From contig NC_086097.1 of NCBI RefSeq assembly GCF_963921235.1, positions 122,390,001 through 122,454,000 on the forward strand: a DNA stretch of 64,000 bases. Reading direction: 5' to 3'. The position numbers and the translations under genes are program-made. The stretch's first letter is position 1; every line of letters begins with the position of its first letter. Under the pieces are notes generated by a model. That model had not been told where the DNA came from, searched no databases, and was given only the letters and a program-made list of their open reading frames with translations. Positions 1 through 12,640 of the stretch are shown here, piece by piece. The DNA is from Mobula hypostoma (lineage: Eukaryota).

Positions 1-447
1 CACCTCTATCAGGTCACCTCTCATCCTCCTTTGCTGCAAGGAGAAAAGGCAAGTTCATTCAACCTATTCTCATAAGGTACGCCCTCCAATCCAGGCAAAA
101 TCTTTGTAAATCTCTTCATCACTCTCTATACAGTATCCACATCCTTCCTGTAGTGATGTGACCAGAACTGAACACAATATTCCAAGTGGGGTCTAACTAA
201 GGTCTTATATATCTTTAACATTACCTAACAGCTCTTAAACACAATCCTACGGCTGATGAAGGCCATCACACTATACGCCTCCTTAACAACATTGTCAACC
301 TGTGTAGTAGCTTTAGGTGTCCTATGGACATGGCCCCAAGATCTCGCTGATCCTCCACACTGCCAAGAGTCTTACCATTAATATTATACTCTGTCATTAG
401 ATTTGACCTACCGAAATGAACCACTTTACACTTATTTGGGTTTAACT
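1..447 (-). mobile_element. CR1 LINE RT/3' fragment, degraded
   Basis: Reverse complement resembles the CR1 ORF2 end seen elsewhere in the window (RPHLEYCVQFWSP-type segment near 150-200). Confidence 0.8.
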
Positions 448-578
448 TAAGACTAATTTAAAATTCAGACAATCTTTGCATAGAAATTTCCTTCATGTAA
501 CATACAGTCCAAATTATGTTGACGTGTCTCAGTGCTCAGAACTCTTATTCATTAGTCCAACAATCTAACAATCTTTTA

Positions 579-819
579 GCAACATACATCAAAGTTGCTG
601 GTGAACGCAGCAGGCCAGGCAGCATCTATAGGAAGAGGCGCAGTCGACGTTTCAGGCCGAGACCCTTCGTCAGGACTAACTGAAGGAAGAGTTTTCTTCT
701 CGGCCTGAAACATCGACTGCGCCTCTTCCTATAGATGCTGCCTGGCCTGCTGCGTTCACCAGCAACTTTGATGTATGTTGCTTGAATTTCCAGCATCTGC
801 AGAATTCCTGTTGTTTGCG
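579..819. mobile_element. Penelope-derived palindromic insert with hammerhead-like core
   Basis: 85-bp inverted arms 578-662 and 698-782 with 1 mismatch; 13-bp direct flank TAACAATCTTTTA at 566-578 and 820-832; minus-strand CTGACGA..GAAACGTC at 643-673. Confidence 0.75.
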
Positions 820-1171
820 TAACAATCTTTTAATCTGGATTTGTTAAACAGTGTTTGGAGTGGAGCATGATATAGAATAATTAATCTATTTATACTGTGG
901 TAAAAGCTCTCTAGTAATAATATGACAAGGGTTGAGGAATTGAAGAATAGGGTACAATAAGAATTTAATGCAGAAGAAAGTAATTATAATTTTTCCACAT
1001 TTTGTAGAGATACAGCAGGGTAACAGGTCCTTCTAGCTAAACAAGCCTGTACTGTTCCATCACATCCATGCAACCAATTAAACTACCAATCCTTACTTTT
1101 GTGGAATGCAGGAGGAAACCAGAGCACCTGGAGGAAACTCACATGGTCACTGGGAGAATTTACAAACTCCT

Positions 1172-2089
1172 AATGGCTTTGTGGCCAAGTTTGCAGATGA
1201 TACGAAGATAGGTGGAGGGGCTGTCAAGGTTGAGGAAGCAGGTTACCTGCAGAAAGATTTAGATAGATTGGGGGAAAGGACAAAGAAGTGGCAGATAGAA
1301 TATAATGCAGGGAAGTACTTGATCATGGACTCTATTACAAATGGTCAGAAAATTCAAAAATCAGAGATTCAGAGGGACTTGGGAATCCTCATGCAAGATT
1401 CCCTAAAGGTTAACTTGCAGATTGAGTCAGCGGTAAGGAAGGCAAATGCAATGTTAGCATTCATTCCGAAAGGACTAGAATGCAAAAACAAGGATGTAAT
1501 GCATTATACTACTTTATAAGGCATTGGTCAAACAGCAGTTGGAGTATTGTGAGCAGCTTGGGCCCCTTATCGAAGAAACAATGTGCTGGCATTGGAGAGA
1601 GCTGAGAGGAGGTTCACGAGAAAGATCCTAAGAAGGAAAGGGTTAACATTTGAGGAGCTTTCGATGGCTCTGGGCCTGTATTCACTGGAGTTTAGGAGAA
1701 TGAGATGAACCTCATTGAGACCTATTAAATATTGAAAGATCTAGATAGAGTGGATGTAGAGGGGGTGTTCCCTATAGTGGGTGAGTCTAGAACTAGAGGG
1801 CATGTCTCAGATTTGAGAGATTTACACTTTGAACAGAGATGAGAAAATATTTCTTGAGCCAGAGGGTAGTGAATCTGAGGAATTCTTTGCCACAGACAGC
1901 TGTGAAGGCCAAATCATTGGGTATATTTAAAGTGGAGGTTGATAGGTTCTTGATTAATTATAGTTTCAAAAGTTCTAGGGAGAAGGCAGGAGAATAGGGT
2001 TGAGAGCGATAATGGATCAGCAATGATGAAGTGGCAAAGACGACTCAGTAGATGAATAGCCTAATTCTGCTCCCATATCTTATGGTCTA
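1172..2089 (+). mobile_element. CR1 LINE 3' fragment, degraded
   Basis: ORF 1106-1519 contains AKFADDTKIGG; CR1-type 3' end (aattctgctcc..tcttatggtc). Confidence 0.9.
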
Positions 2090-2118
2090 AATTAAAATGA
2101 AAAATATAGCAATTATTT

Positions 2119-2466
2119 TTGTTTTTGATTCTGCCTGTAAACAATGTCGCACATTTGCACAAGGCCTTTGTTTACAGAGCACTCAATAATGGGTACTACT
2201 TCCAGATAATGCCTGCACTGAATGGGTTGACGTTTGCAAATGGAAATGCTTGCAGATACAATGTGCCATATAGAGGATTCACCAGACATCTTCTCCCAGT
2301 CCCCTTGCCTTCACGCCCAGCTATGGGCTGGGCAATATTGGCCATATCAGTTCATGATCTTCCTTTCATAGGCAATTTGGTTGTCAAGGTGGACAAGACA
2401 TACAGTCTGAGTGCTAAAGAGTCAGGAGTTCTGAGAGCACTGTCCAAAATTATGGAGCTAGGATGA
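2119..2466 (+). other. Unassigned 115-codon open frame in a non-repeat island (candidate viral relic)
   Basis: Stop-free frame fills most of the island between two CR1 fragments; no resemblance to the LINE proteins in this window. Confidence 0.35.
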
Positions 2467-2499
2467 AGTCTGATCATTTAAATCAAAAAACCTGACACG

Positions 2500-3120
2500 T
2501 AAGTTGATAGGGTTTTCAAGAATGTCCTTCATTAGTTGGGGCCTGAGTTCAGGAGCCACGAGGTAACGCTGCAGGTCTATAAAATGCTACTTAGATCAGA
2601 CTTGCAATGTTGTATTCAGTTGGGATCACCCCATTATAGGAAAGACGTAGAAGCTTTAGAAAGGATGCAGAGGAGATTTATCAGGTTGCTGCATGGATTA
2701 GAGAGCCTGTCTTATGAAGCTAAATTAAGCAAGCTAGTGTTCTTCTCTTTGGAGTGAAGGAGGATGAGAGGTGACTTGACAGAGATGTACAAGATGTTAA
2801 GAGGCATAGATCAAGTGGATAGCCAGAGACTTTTTCCCAGGGCAGTGATGGCTTAACTAAGTGGGCACAATTTTAAGGTGTTTGGAGGAATGTCAAAGGT
2901 AAATTTTTTTACAGAGAGTGGTGAGCGCATAAAATGCCTTGCCAAAGTGATGGTAGAGGCAGATGTATTAGGAGGCATATAAGAAACTATCAGATGATTT
3001 AAAAAATGGAGGGTTATGTGGGAAAGAAGAATTAGATTGATCTTAGAGTTGGTTGAAGGATGGCACAACATTGTGGCAGAAGAGCCTGCCCTGTGCTGTA
3101 ATATTTCATGTTCCACGTAA
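2500..3120 (+). mobile_element. CR1 LINE 3' fragment, degraded
   Basis: ORF 2536-2757 (SPHYRKDVEALERMQRRF) matches the CR1 ORF2 C-terminus. Confidence 0.85.
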
Positions 3121-3235
3121 GAAAGGTTTCTAGACAGCCGTTGGTAGCAGAAATCTGCCTGAAAAGGTCTAACGTGAGTAGTGTATTTGTATGCAAAATT
3201 AGGTTGACGGTGGGAAGAAAAGGGTGGTATTAGAG

Positions 3236-3315
3236 CAGGGGTTCCCAACATGGAGTCCACACACCTCTTGCTTAATGGTATTGGTCCATAGCATGAAAAA
3301 GGTTGGGAACCCCTG
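3236..3315. mobile_element. 80-bp hAT-type MITE
   Basis: Terminal inverted repeats CAGGGGTTCCCAAC / GTTGGGAACCCCTG; 8-bp duplication TATTAGAG at 3228-3235 and 3316-3323. Confidence 0.85.
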
Positions 3316-3559
3316 TATTAGAGGTTGTTTCTCAATTTGAAGGCCTGTGCCACAGGGATCAGTGCTGGGTCCTCTGTTGTTTGTCACCATGTATTTATTG
3401 ATTTGAATGAGATTAGAGGTGACATGATTAGCAAGTTCATAGAAGATAACTAGACTGATGGTATTAGTGGACAGTGAAGGTGGTTGACTAAGTTTACAAA
3501 AGAATATAGATCAACTGTGAAGGTCACCAAAGGAACGCTGTATGGATTTTAAAATACTA

Positions 3560-3860
3560 AAGATTCTGGAGATGCTGGAAATCTTGAGCAACATGCATAA
3601 AATGCTGAAGGGTCACGCAGCAACTATGGATAGGAATAAGCAGCCAACGTTTCAGGCTGAGGCCCTTCATCAGGAGTGGAAAAGGAGGAAGAAGCCAAAG
3701 TAAGAAGGTAGGGGTAGAGGATGGAGTACAAGCTGGCAGGTGAGGTAAACCAGCTGAGGGGGGAGGTGGATAGGTGGGGGATGGAAGAATGATGTGAAAA
3801 GCTGGGAGGTGATAGAGGGGGGAGGTAAAGGGATGAAGCGGAAGGAATCTGATTGGATTG
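3560..3860 (-). mobile_element. Penelope-derived repeat end with hammerhead-like core
   Basis: Related to 579-819; minus-strand CTGATGAAGGGCCTCAGCCTGAAACGTT at 3646-3673; more decayed relatives near 41435-41600 and 61155-61480. Confidence 0.6.
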
Positions 3861-5767
3861 GAGAGTATGTTTTTGATCATAAATGTGGGGTGACTTTTTG
3901 AACAGTTTATGGTAAAAAAAATGACATCATAACTATTCTAAATTAATGCATTAAGAGAAAGCAATCAACATGGAGTGGGCAGAGGCCAGCATTATCCACA
4001 GTTAAAGTGAGGTATCCATAAGAATGTGGGGGGCTGGCAGAGGGAGAAGGAATTCAGAGTAGCTTTACAGAATAGTGGCTATTAAAACCTTCTCCAACAT
4101 CTGAAGAGCCTCAGTTGCCAAAATGCAAACAGTTCAATCCAATTCAAAGTTTCAAGTTCAAAGTTCAAAGTAAATGTAAATTTTACGGTCTACTCGTGAC
4201 AGAGGTGTGTGGAGATGCCCAAAGTGCAAAGTGAGAGACACTGAAGCAGATGAACAGCTCACTGAATATTAATAAGAACTGTGCTGAAGAAAAGTTAAAA
4301 CAATAAACGCTAGGGCAACAGGACCATTAAATAGAACTCCCAAACTGAAAGCTAACTTTGACACTGCGGCTCAGAAGCAGTTACTCCATACTAAATGAAT
4401 ACCACTCCTGTACAGCGTCAATCTAAATGGTGGTCTTCTTTCCTGGAACAAGGGCGAAGGTAAGCAGGGAGCGTTGATGATGCTGTCCTCGGACCATGAC
4501 TCAATACTGTGCTTTGGCCAAGACTGACATGAGAGGAAGGGAGTTAAACACAACCACAATGAAACATTAATTGGCTGGAACGTGCAAACTCACAAGTGTG
4601 ATTGCCAACACATTCAGCAGCCCGCCTGCAGGGGCGTGCAGACTCTGCGTTTGTGACAACTACCCTGAGATTCATTTTCTTGCAGGCATTTACAGTAGAA
4701 CAAGAAAATACAATAGAGTCAATGAAAAGCTATGCACAACAAAAGCTGACAAACAACCAAAGTGCAAAAGGAGACAAACAGTGCAAACACAAAAAAGTGA
4801 ATAAATAATACTGAGAGTATGAGTTGTACAGCCCTTGAAAATGTGTCTGTAGGTTGTGGAATCAGTTCAGAATTGAGGTGAGTGAAGTTATCCACACTAT
4901 TTCAGGAGCCTGATGTTCACAGGGTAATAACTCATCCTGAACCTGGTGGTATGGGACCTTTCCTGTACCTCCTGCCTGATTGTAACAGTGAGAAGAGAGC
5001 ATGGCCCATTTGGTGGAGGTCCTTGATGATGGATGTTGCCTTCTTATTTTAAGCTGAGTTCTTGGGTGTTAAGCTGATTCACATCTCCATGCAGACAGCA
5101 TTGCGATTGATTATAATTCACTAAACAGGGCTGCTGGCATTTGTAGTCTGCAACTGATTGTCTTCACATCCATAAAAGCAGTGTATGCCAATCTCTCAGA
5201 GCTACTGTGAGGGCCTGGCACACATTCACATGCAAACCTCACTGCACAAACTCAGCAGAATAGTAAGCCAAACAGTGCTTCTCAAAGAATGACAAAAGAA
5301 GATCTCAAACTACTAGACTAAATGGCAGCCTCCTGAGGAAACTAGAGTATGAGAAAACCTACTCCCTACTTTCAGATTGCCCTAGTGATGGATAACTGTG
5401 TCTTTTCTAAACAACACAGCACACTGGGTTTTAAGCATCTTACTGTTGCTTTGTTATGAATGGATTATCCCAGTTCTTTAACCATGCAAAATAAAAGTTC
5501 TATTTGTTCCACAAAGATAAAGAATATTATTGGATCAGACAGCATCTTCTACTCACTGGTCTGAATAATTGAGTTAAATATCCAACATCATTCTCCCAAC
5601 AGCAGCTTTAGATCCACACCATCAAGTTCAGGGACAGTTATCACCCTTCAACCATCAGGCTGCTGAACCAGCATTGATAACTTCACTCACCTCAACTCCA
5701 AACTGACTTAACAACCTACAAACTCATTTTCAAGGACTCTACAACTCACGGTCTCAGTATTATTTAC

Positions 5768-6325
5768 ATTCAGCAGCCACTGTTTTCGGTACCTCCTGTA
5801 CCAAATAAAGTAGCCACTGAGTGCATGTTTGTAGTTTTCTGCTGCAGAAGCCCATCCATATCAAAGTTCAATATGATGTGCATTCAGAGGTTCTATTCTT
5901 CACACCACTGTTGTAACACATGGATATTTGAGTTACTGTCACCTTCCTGTCAGCGTGAACCAGTCTGGTCATTCTCAACTGACTTGTCTCATTAAGAAGG
6001 CATTTTTGCCGAAAGAATTGTGCTCACTGAATTTTTTTTAGATCATTTTCTGTAAATTCTAGAGACTGTTGTGCATGAAAATCTCAGGAGATCAGTAGTT
6101 TCTTTGCTGCTCAAACCATCCCATCTGACACCAACAATCAATCCTCAGCCAAAGTCACTTAGATCATATTTCTTTCCAATTCTGAGGTTTGATCAGGGCA
6201 ACACTCAACTGAACCTCTTGACCGTGTCTGCATGCTTTAATGCACTGTATTGCTGCCATATGATTGGCTGAATAGATATTTGTATCAACACGCAGGTGAA
6301 CAGATATACCTAATAAAGTGACTAC
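5768..6325. mobile_element. Tc1-like non-autonomous DNA transposon
   Basis: Ends resemble CACTCAGTGGCCACTTTATTAGGTAC; homologous pieces at 13725-14110, 23390-23645 and 45411-45900. Confidence 0.65.
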
Positions 6326-6490
6326 TGTTTGCTTTTATTTTTTTAATTTTTCAGTTTGTCTTCTTTTGGCACATTGGTTGTCTGACAGTTCTTATCTGAA
6401 CTTTTTCATTGATTCTATTGTATTTCTCTGTTCTACTGTAAAGGAGTGCAAGAAAATGAATCTCAAGCAAAGATATGGTGACATCCCATA

Positions 6491-6910
6491 TCCCTGGTGC
6501 CAGGGTCCGGGATATTTCTGATTGTGTCCAAGATATCCTGAAGTGGGAGGGTGAGGAGCCAGAGGTCATGGTACATATAGGTACCAATGACATAGGTAGG
6601 AAAAGGGATGAGGTCCTGAAAGGAGAATATAGGGAGCTAGGAAGGGAGTTGAGAAAAAGGGCCGCAAAGGTAGTAATCTCGGGATTACTGCCTGTGCCAC
6701 GCGACAGTGAGAGTAGGAATGCGATGAGGTGGAGGATAAATGCGTGGCTGAGGGATTGGAGCAGGGGGCAGGGATTCAAGTTTTTGGATCATTGGGACCT
6801 CTTTTGGCGCAGGCGTGACCTGTACAAAAAGGACGGGTTACACTTGAATCCTAGGGGGACCAATATCCTGGCAGGGAGATTAGCGAGGGCTACTGAGGTG
6901 ACTTTAAACA
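6491..6910 (+). CDS. CR1 ORF1 C-terminal SGNH/GDSL esterase-like domain (partial)
   Basis: PGARV..VHIGTND..DGLHLN motifs in ORF 6475-7017. Confidence 0.85.
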
Positions 6911-6917
6911 AGAATGG

Positions 6918-9900
6918 TTGGGGGGTGGGAATCAAATTAAAGAGGCTAGGCGAGAGGAGGTTAGTTCACAACAGGGGGATGGGAACGAGTGCAGAGAGAC
7001 AGAGGGGTGTAAAGTGAGGGTAGAAGCAAAAAGTAGTAAGGAGAAAAGAAAAAGTGGCAGGCCGACAAATCCAGGGCAAGCATTAAAAAGGGCCACTTTT
7101 CAACATAATTGTATAAGGGCTAAGAGAGTTGTAAAAGAGCGCCTGAAGGCTTTGTGTGCCAACGCAAGGAGCATTCATAACAAGGTGGATGAATTGAAAG
7201 TGCAGATTGTTATTAATGATTATGATATAGTTGGGATCACAGAGACAAGGCTCCAGGGTGACCAAGGATGGGAGCTCAACGTTCAGGGATATTCAATATT
7301 CAGGAGGGATAGACATGAAAGAAAAGGAGGTGGGGTGGCGTTGCAGGTTAAAGAGGAGATTATCGCAATAGAAAGGAAGGACATAAGCCGGGAAGATGTG
7401 GAATCAATATGGGTAGAGCTGCGTAACACTAAGGGGCAGAAAACGCTGGTGGGAGTTGTGTACAGGCCACCTAACAGTAGTAGTGAGGTCGGAGATGGTA
7501 TTAAACAGGAAATTAGAAATGTGTGCAATAAAGGAACAGCAGTTATAATGGGTGACTTCAATCTACATGTAGATTGGGTGAACCAAATTGGTACAGGTGC
7601 TGAGGAAGAGGACTTCTTGGAATGTATGCGGGATGGTTTTTTGAACCAACATGTCGAGGAACCAACTAGAGAGCAGGCTATTCTGGACTGGGTTTTGAGC
7701 AATGAGGAAGGGTTAATTAGCGATCTTGTCGTGAGAGGCCCCTTGGGTAAGAGTGACCATAACATGGTGGAATTCTTTATTAAGATGGAGAGTGACATAG
7801 TTAATTCAGAAACAAAGGTTCTGAACTTAAAGAGGGGTAACTTTGAAGGTATGAGACGTGAATTAGCTAAGATAGACTGGCAAATGACACTTAAAGGATT
7901 GACGGTGGATATGCAATGGCAAGCTTTTAAAGATTGCATGGATGAACTACAACAATTGTTCATCCCAGTTTGGCAAAAGAATAAATCAAGGAAGATAGTG
8001 CACCCGTGGCTGACAAGAGAAATTAGGGATAGTATCAATTCCAAAGAAGAAGCATACAAATTAGCCAGAAAAAGTGGCTCACCTGAGGACTGGGAGAAAT
8101 TCAGAGTTCAGCAGAGGAGGACAAAGGGCTTAATTAGGAAGGGGAAAAAAGATTATGAGAGAAAACTGGCAGGGAACATAAAAACTGACTGTAAAAGCTT
8201 TTATAGATATGTAAAAAGGAAAAGACTGGTAAAGACAAATGTAGGTCCCCGACAGACAGAAACAGGTAAATTGATTATGGGGAGCAAGGACATGGCAGAC
8301 CAATTGAATAATTACTTTGGTTCTGTCTTCACTAAGGAGGACATAAATAATCTTCCAGAAATAGTAGGGGACAGAGGGTCCAGTGAGATGGAGGAACTGA
8401 GCGAAATACATGTTAGTAAGGAAGTGGTGTTAGGTAAATTGAAGGGATTAAAGGCAGATAATTCCCCAGGGCCAGATGGTCTGCATCCCAGTGTGCTTAA
8501 GGAAGTAGCCCAAGAAATAGTGGATGCATTAGTGATAATTTTTCAAAACTCGTTAGATTCTGGACTAGTTCCTGAGGATTGGAGGGTGGCTAATGTAACC
8601 CCACTTTTTATAAAAGGAGGGAGAGAGGAACCGGGGAATTATAGACCGGTTAGCCTAATGTCAGTGGTGGGGAAACTGCTGGAGTCAGTTATCAAAGATG
8701 TGATAACAGCACATTTGGAAAGCGGTGAAATCATCGGACAAAGTCAGCATGGATTTGTGAAAGGAAAATCATGTCTGACAAATCTCACAGAATTTTTTGA
8801 GGATTTAACTAGTAGAGTGGATAGGGGAGAACCAGTGGATGTGGTATATTTGGATTTTCCAAAGGGTTTTGACAAGGTCCCACACAGGAGATTAGTGTGC
8901 AAACTTAAAGCACATGGTATTGGGGGTAAGGTATTGATGTGGATAGAGAATTGGTTAGCAGACAGGAAGCAAAGAGTGGGAATAAACGGGACCTTTTCAG
9001 AATGGCAGGCAGTGACTAGTGGGGTACCGCAAGGCTTAGTGCTGGGACCCCAGTTGTTTACAATATATATTAATGACTTGGATGAGGGAATTAAATGCAG
9101 CATCTCCAAGTTTGTGGATGACACGAAGCTGGGTGGCAGTGTTAGCTGTGAGGAGGATGCTAAAAGGATGCAGAGTGACTTGGATAGGTTGGGTGAGTGG
9201 GCAAATTCATGGCAGATGCAATTTAATGTGGATAAATGTGAAGTTATCCACTTTGGTGGCAAAAATAGGAAAACAGATTATTATCTGAATGGTGACCGAT
9301 TAGGAAAAGGGGAGGTGCAACGAGACCTGGGTGTCATTATACACCAGTCATTGAAAGTGGGCATGCAGGTACAGCAGGCGGTGAAAAAGGCGAATGGTAT
9401 GCTGGCATTTATAGCGAGAGGATTCGAGTACAGGAGCAGGGAGGTACTACTGCAGTTGTACAAGGCCTTGGTGAGACCACACCTGGAGTATTGTGTGCAG
9501 TTTTGGTCCCCTAATCTGAGGAAAGACATCCTTGCCATAGAGGGAGTACAAAGAAGGTTCACCAGGTTGATTCCTGGGATGGCAGGACTTTCATATGAAG
9601 AAAGACTGGATGAACTGGGCTTGTACTTGTTGGAATTTAGAAGATTGAGGGGGGATCTGATTGAAACGTATAAAATCCTAAAGGGATTGGACAGGCTAGA
9701 TGCAGGAAGATTGTTCCCGATGTTGGGGAAGTCCAAAATGAGGGGTCACAGTTTGAGGATAAAGGGGAAGCCTTTTAGGACCGAGATTAGGAAAAACTTC
9801 TTCACACAGAGAGTGGTGAATCTGTGGAATTCTCTGCCACAGGAAACAGTTGAGGCCAGTTCATTGGCTATATTTAAGAGGGAGTTAGATATGGCCGTTG

Positions 9901-9950
9901 TGTCTACGGGGATCAGGGGGTATGGAGGGAAGGCTGGGGCAGGGTTTTGA
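6918..9950 (+). CDS. CR1 ORF2: apurinic-like endonuclease plus reverse transcriptase
   Basis: 1010 aa with no stop; endonuclease motifs NARS, GITET, YRPP, GDFN, SDH; RT motifs PGPDG, YRPVSL, QHGF, GVPQG, FVDD. The true start may lie downstream of 6918. Confidence 0.95.
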   Translation: MGGGNQIKEARREEVSSQQGDGNECRETEGCKVRVEAKSSKEKRKSGRPTNPGQALKRATFQHNCIRAKRVVKERLKALCANARSIHNKVDELKVQIVINDYDIVGITETRLQGDQGWELNVQGYSIFRRDRHERKGGGVALQVKEEIIAIERKDISREDVESIWVELRNTKGQKTLVGVVYRPPNSSSEVGDGIKQEIRNVCNKGTAVIMGDFNLHVDWVNQIGTGAEEEDFLECMRDGFLNQHVEEPTREQAILDWVLSNEEGLISDLVVRGPLGKSDHNMVEFFIKMESDIVNSETKVLNLKRGNFEGMRRELAKIDWQMTLKGLTVDMQWQAFKDCMDELQQLFIPVWQKNKSRKIVHPWLTREIRDSINSKEEAYKLARKSGSPEDWEKFRVQQRRTKGLIRKGKKDYERKLAGNIKTDCKSFYRYVKRKRLVKTNVGPRQTETGKLIMGSKDMADQLNNYFGSVFTKEDINNLPEIVGDRGSSEMEELSEIHVSKEVVLGKLKGLKADNSPGPDGLHPSVLKEVAQEIVDALVIIFQNSLDSGLVPEDWRVANVTPLFIKGGREEPGNYRPVSLMSVVGKLLESVIKDVITAHLESGEIIGQSQHGFVKGKSCLTNLTEFFEDLTSRVDRGEPVDVVYLDFPKGFDKVPHRRLVCKLKAHGIGGKVLMWIENWLADRKQRVGINGTFSEWQAVTSGVPQGLVLGPQLFTIYINDLDEGIKCSISKFVDDTKLGGSVSCEEDAKRMQSDLDRLGEWANSWQMQFNVDKCEVIHFGGKNRKTDYYLNGDRLGKGEVQRDLGVIIHQSLKVGMQVQQAVKKANGMLAFIARGFEYRSREVLLQLYKALVRPHLEYCVQFWSPNLRKDILAIEGVQRRFTRLIPGMAGLSYEERLDELGLYLLEFRRLRGDLIETYKILKGLDRLDAGRLFPMLGKSKMRGHSLRIKGKPFRTEIRKNFFTQRVVNLWNSLPQETVEASSLAIFKRELDMAVVSTGIRGYGGKAGAGF

Positions 9951-11639
9951 GTTGGATGATCAACCATGATCATAATAAATGGCGGTGCAGGCTTGAAGGG
10001 CCGAATGGCCTACTCCTGCACCTATTTTCTATGTTTCTATGTTTCTATGCTGTATAGGTACTTTGATAATAAATTTACTTTGAACTTTTGAGCAATCCCA
10101 ATGAAGATGTCCAAAGTCAGTTGCCATTTGGAATGAGTGCTGAGGAAGTTGCTGCTAAATCTATTTGCAAAACTTGAGCACTCTTGCCCAGCACCATTGA
10201 CACACTACTTTGCTTGCCAACCTGTCATTATACCACGGCCCTCAAGCCACCTTTTTCCATCTAATGCCCATCTCTCATTCTTTGTAATAGGAGCAAGTCT
10301 GTGCAAAGAGCCAAACATCACATTTTCTATCAGTTGAGAGTAGGTGCACAATCAGACACAGAATTATTTATCAGATGTAAGTGGAAATATACAGTGAAAT
10401 GTGTTGTTTGTGTTAACAACCAACACAGCTAAGGATTGCTGGAGGCAGCCTGCAAGTGTTGCCACACGTTCCGGCGCCAACAGAACATGCCCACAAAGCT
10501 CGGCACAGTAACACAGAACACAAAAAGCATCAAAGCAACAACAGCAAAACAAGCCCCTTTTCTCCCTCCCACTTACCCACAGACGCAGACAGACCTCTAA
10601 CTCCAGAAAAGGCCATCAGGCCTCCAGTCGCCAGTCTCCAGACTTAGGCTATCTGGTTTCGACTTACAGATTTACGATCGATCTCGAGGCTTCAATCTCC
10701 AGACTATCCGATGACGTGACCTCAAACTCCAGGCGTGCTGACTGACTGGCCCTCAGGCCTCCTGCTTACACAGTATCCAGTCCCGGAATCCATGCATGAA
10801 TGCTCTTCATCACATCTCTGCACTGCTGAGGCCTAATTTCTAGATCAGGGATGCCCAACCATTTTTATGTCATGGACCCTTACCGTTAACAGAGGGTTAA
10901 TGTATGGGTCCACGCAAAACACAACGTTTGCTATGGAGGAATCACACTCGAGTCCCTATTTATAAACCCTCAGAAAAGAAGTATCAGCAGTCTCTATATC
11001 ACAATTACATTGTATCTTTATGCCACAAAATAAGCATGTGGTAAACACATGTATAACAAATGAATAACAAATACCGAGTCATAAAACAGGCCACCAGGTC
11101 CATCGGGCTCCTATCTATATTAATTCCATTTCCCAGGATTCCCTGTAATCTTCTATGCTATTGTGTTTCAAGTGCTCATCTAAATAGTTTCTCAATGTTG
11201 TAAGAAACTCAGTGATGCAAGAATTTATCAAGGACCCCTTGCTTTCTTCTTACTACTCCCATCGGGCAGGAGGCACAGGAGGTCAGCACACCACTAGGTT
11301 CAGGAACAATTATTACCCTTCAGTCATTGGACTCCTGAACCAGTGTGGACAACTTCATTGACCTCAACTCTGAACTGATTCCATAACCTTTGAACTCACT
11401 TTCAAGGTCTCTACAACTTATGTTCTCAGTATTATTTGTTTACCTTTTATTTATTTATTATTTGCATAATGTGTCATCTTTTGCACATTGGTTGTTTGTC
11501 AGTCTATGTGATGTATACTTCTTCCATAAATTCTATTGTACTTCTTTATTTTTCTGTAAACGTTTGCAAGAAAATGAATCTCAGGATAATATCTGGTGAC
11601 ATATTCATACTTTGATAATAAATTAACTTTGAACATTGA

Positions 11640-12640
11640 ACTATACCCTCAGGCAGAACATTCCAGATTTTAACTACCCCCTGGGTGTAAAATATTCTTC
11701 AACAGATCCCCTCTAAAGCACCTGCCCCATCACTTAGATCCATGCCCTCTGGTTTTACATACCTACAGTGGGGGAAACAATCTCACCATCTACCTTATTT
11801 ATGTCCATCAGAAATTTAGTAACCCTAAAATTGGGATTCCATCCCGCCACACCGCCCCCCCCGCCTTAGCTTTCCTCCATTCCACAGAAAATAAACTCAA
11901 TCTATCCACTCTCCTTTTAGCCAAAACACACCATTTCAGACATCATCTGAGTGAATCTCTTTATCAGATCCTTCTTATGGTGTGACATCCAGAATTTCTA
12001 TACAGCTTTTCATTTGCAGCCTAAGCAAATTTTTTAACCATGACCTGCCTGCTCTTATAGCATAGATACATACCCTAGCTAGAGAAGGCAAGTATCTGAT
12101 ATGTCGTTCTAAGCAGCTGCCTTCAGGGATTCTAATACACTAAGGTCCCTCTGTCCCTCAGTACTTCCTCAAATCCTATAGTTCATCCGAAAAATCTAAG
12201 CCTTACTAGACCTCTCAAATTGTGTCAACTCTCTGCCCATTTTACCAGCAGATCGATATCCTTCAATCACACCACCAGTCTATGTATCATCTGCAGACTT
12301 CATCATCACATCTCCAGTGTTCACATCTAGATAGTTAACGTACATAATAAACAGCAAGGGTCCCAGCGTCAATCCCTGCAGTATTGATGGGTCAGACTTC
12401 TAATCTCAAAAATAAACCTCATCCATCATGCAGTGCCTCTTGTCAGCAAGTTCATTTCAAATCAAGTTTGTCAAATTGCCCTGGATCCCATGGGCTCAGA
12501 AGCCTTTGGATGAGTCTCTCTTGTGTGACCTTGTCAAAAGGTCTCACTGGTCCATTTTGAGTACATCATGGTACCGTCATTCTTAACAAACTTTGTCACC
12601 CATTCCAAAATTCAACTGTTAGATAGGAGCTCCCCCTCAA
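11640..12640 (-). mobile_element. Old CR1 RT/3' fragment
   Basis: Decayed reverse-complement similarity to CR1 RT (accttgtcaaa, gggtcccagc segments); no long ORF. Confidence 0.6.

Larger units (their letters stand above)
6491..10049 (+). mobile_element. Young CR1 LINE, 5'-truncated within ORF1, ORF2 intact
   Basis: Partial SGNH-type ORF1, full ORF2, 3' (TTTCTATG)n tail; it splits another repeat's 3' tail (..ggtgacat / ..tactttgataataaatttactttgaac). Confidence 0.95.

Noticed and set aside
5095..5125. IAIDYNSLN as a second RdRp motif A
   Set aside because: No B- or C-like motif follows; it shows how easily such short motifs arise by chance.
7283..9973. Long minus-strand ORFs (258, 172 and 151 aa)
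   Set aside because: Antisense shadows of CR1 ORF2.
10290..10345. HHIFYQL resembling the myosin motor HIFYQL motif
   Set aside because: The flanking myosin residues (EKSR, ERN) are absent and no other myosin segments occur.
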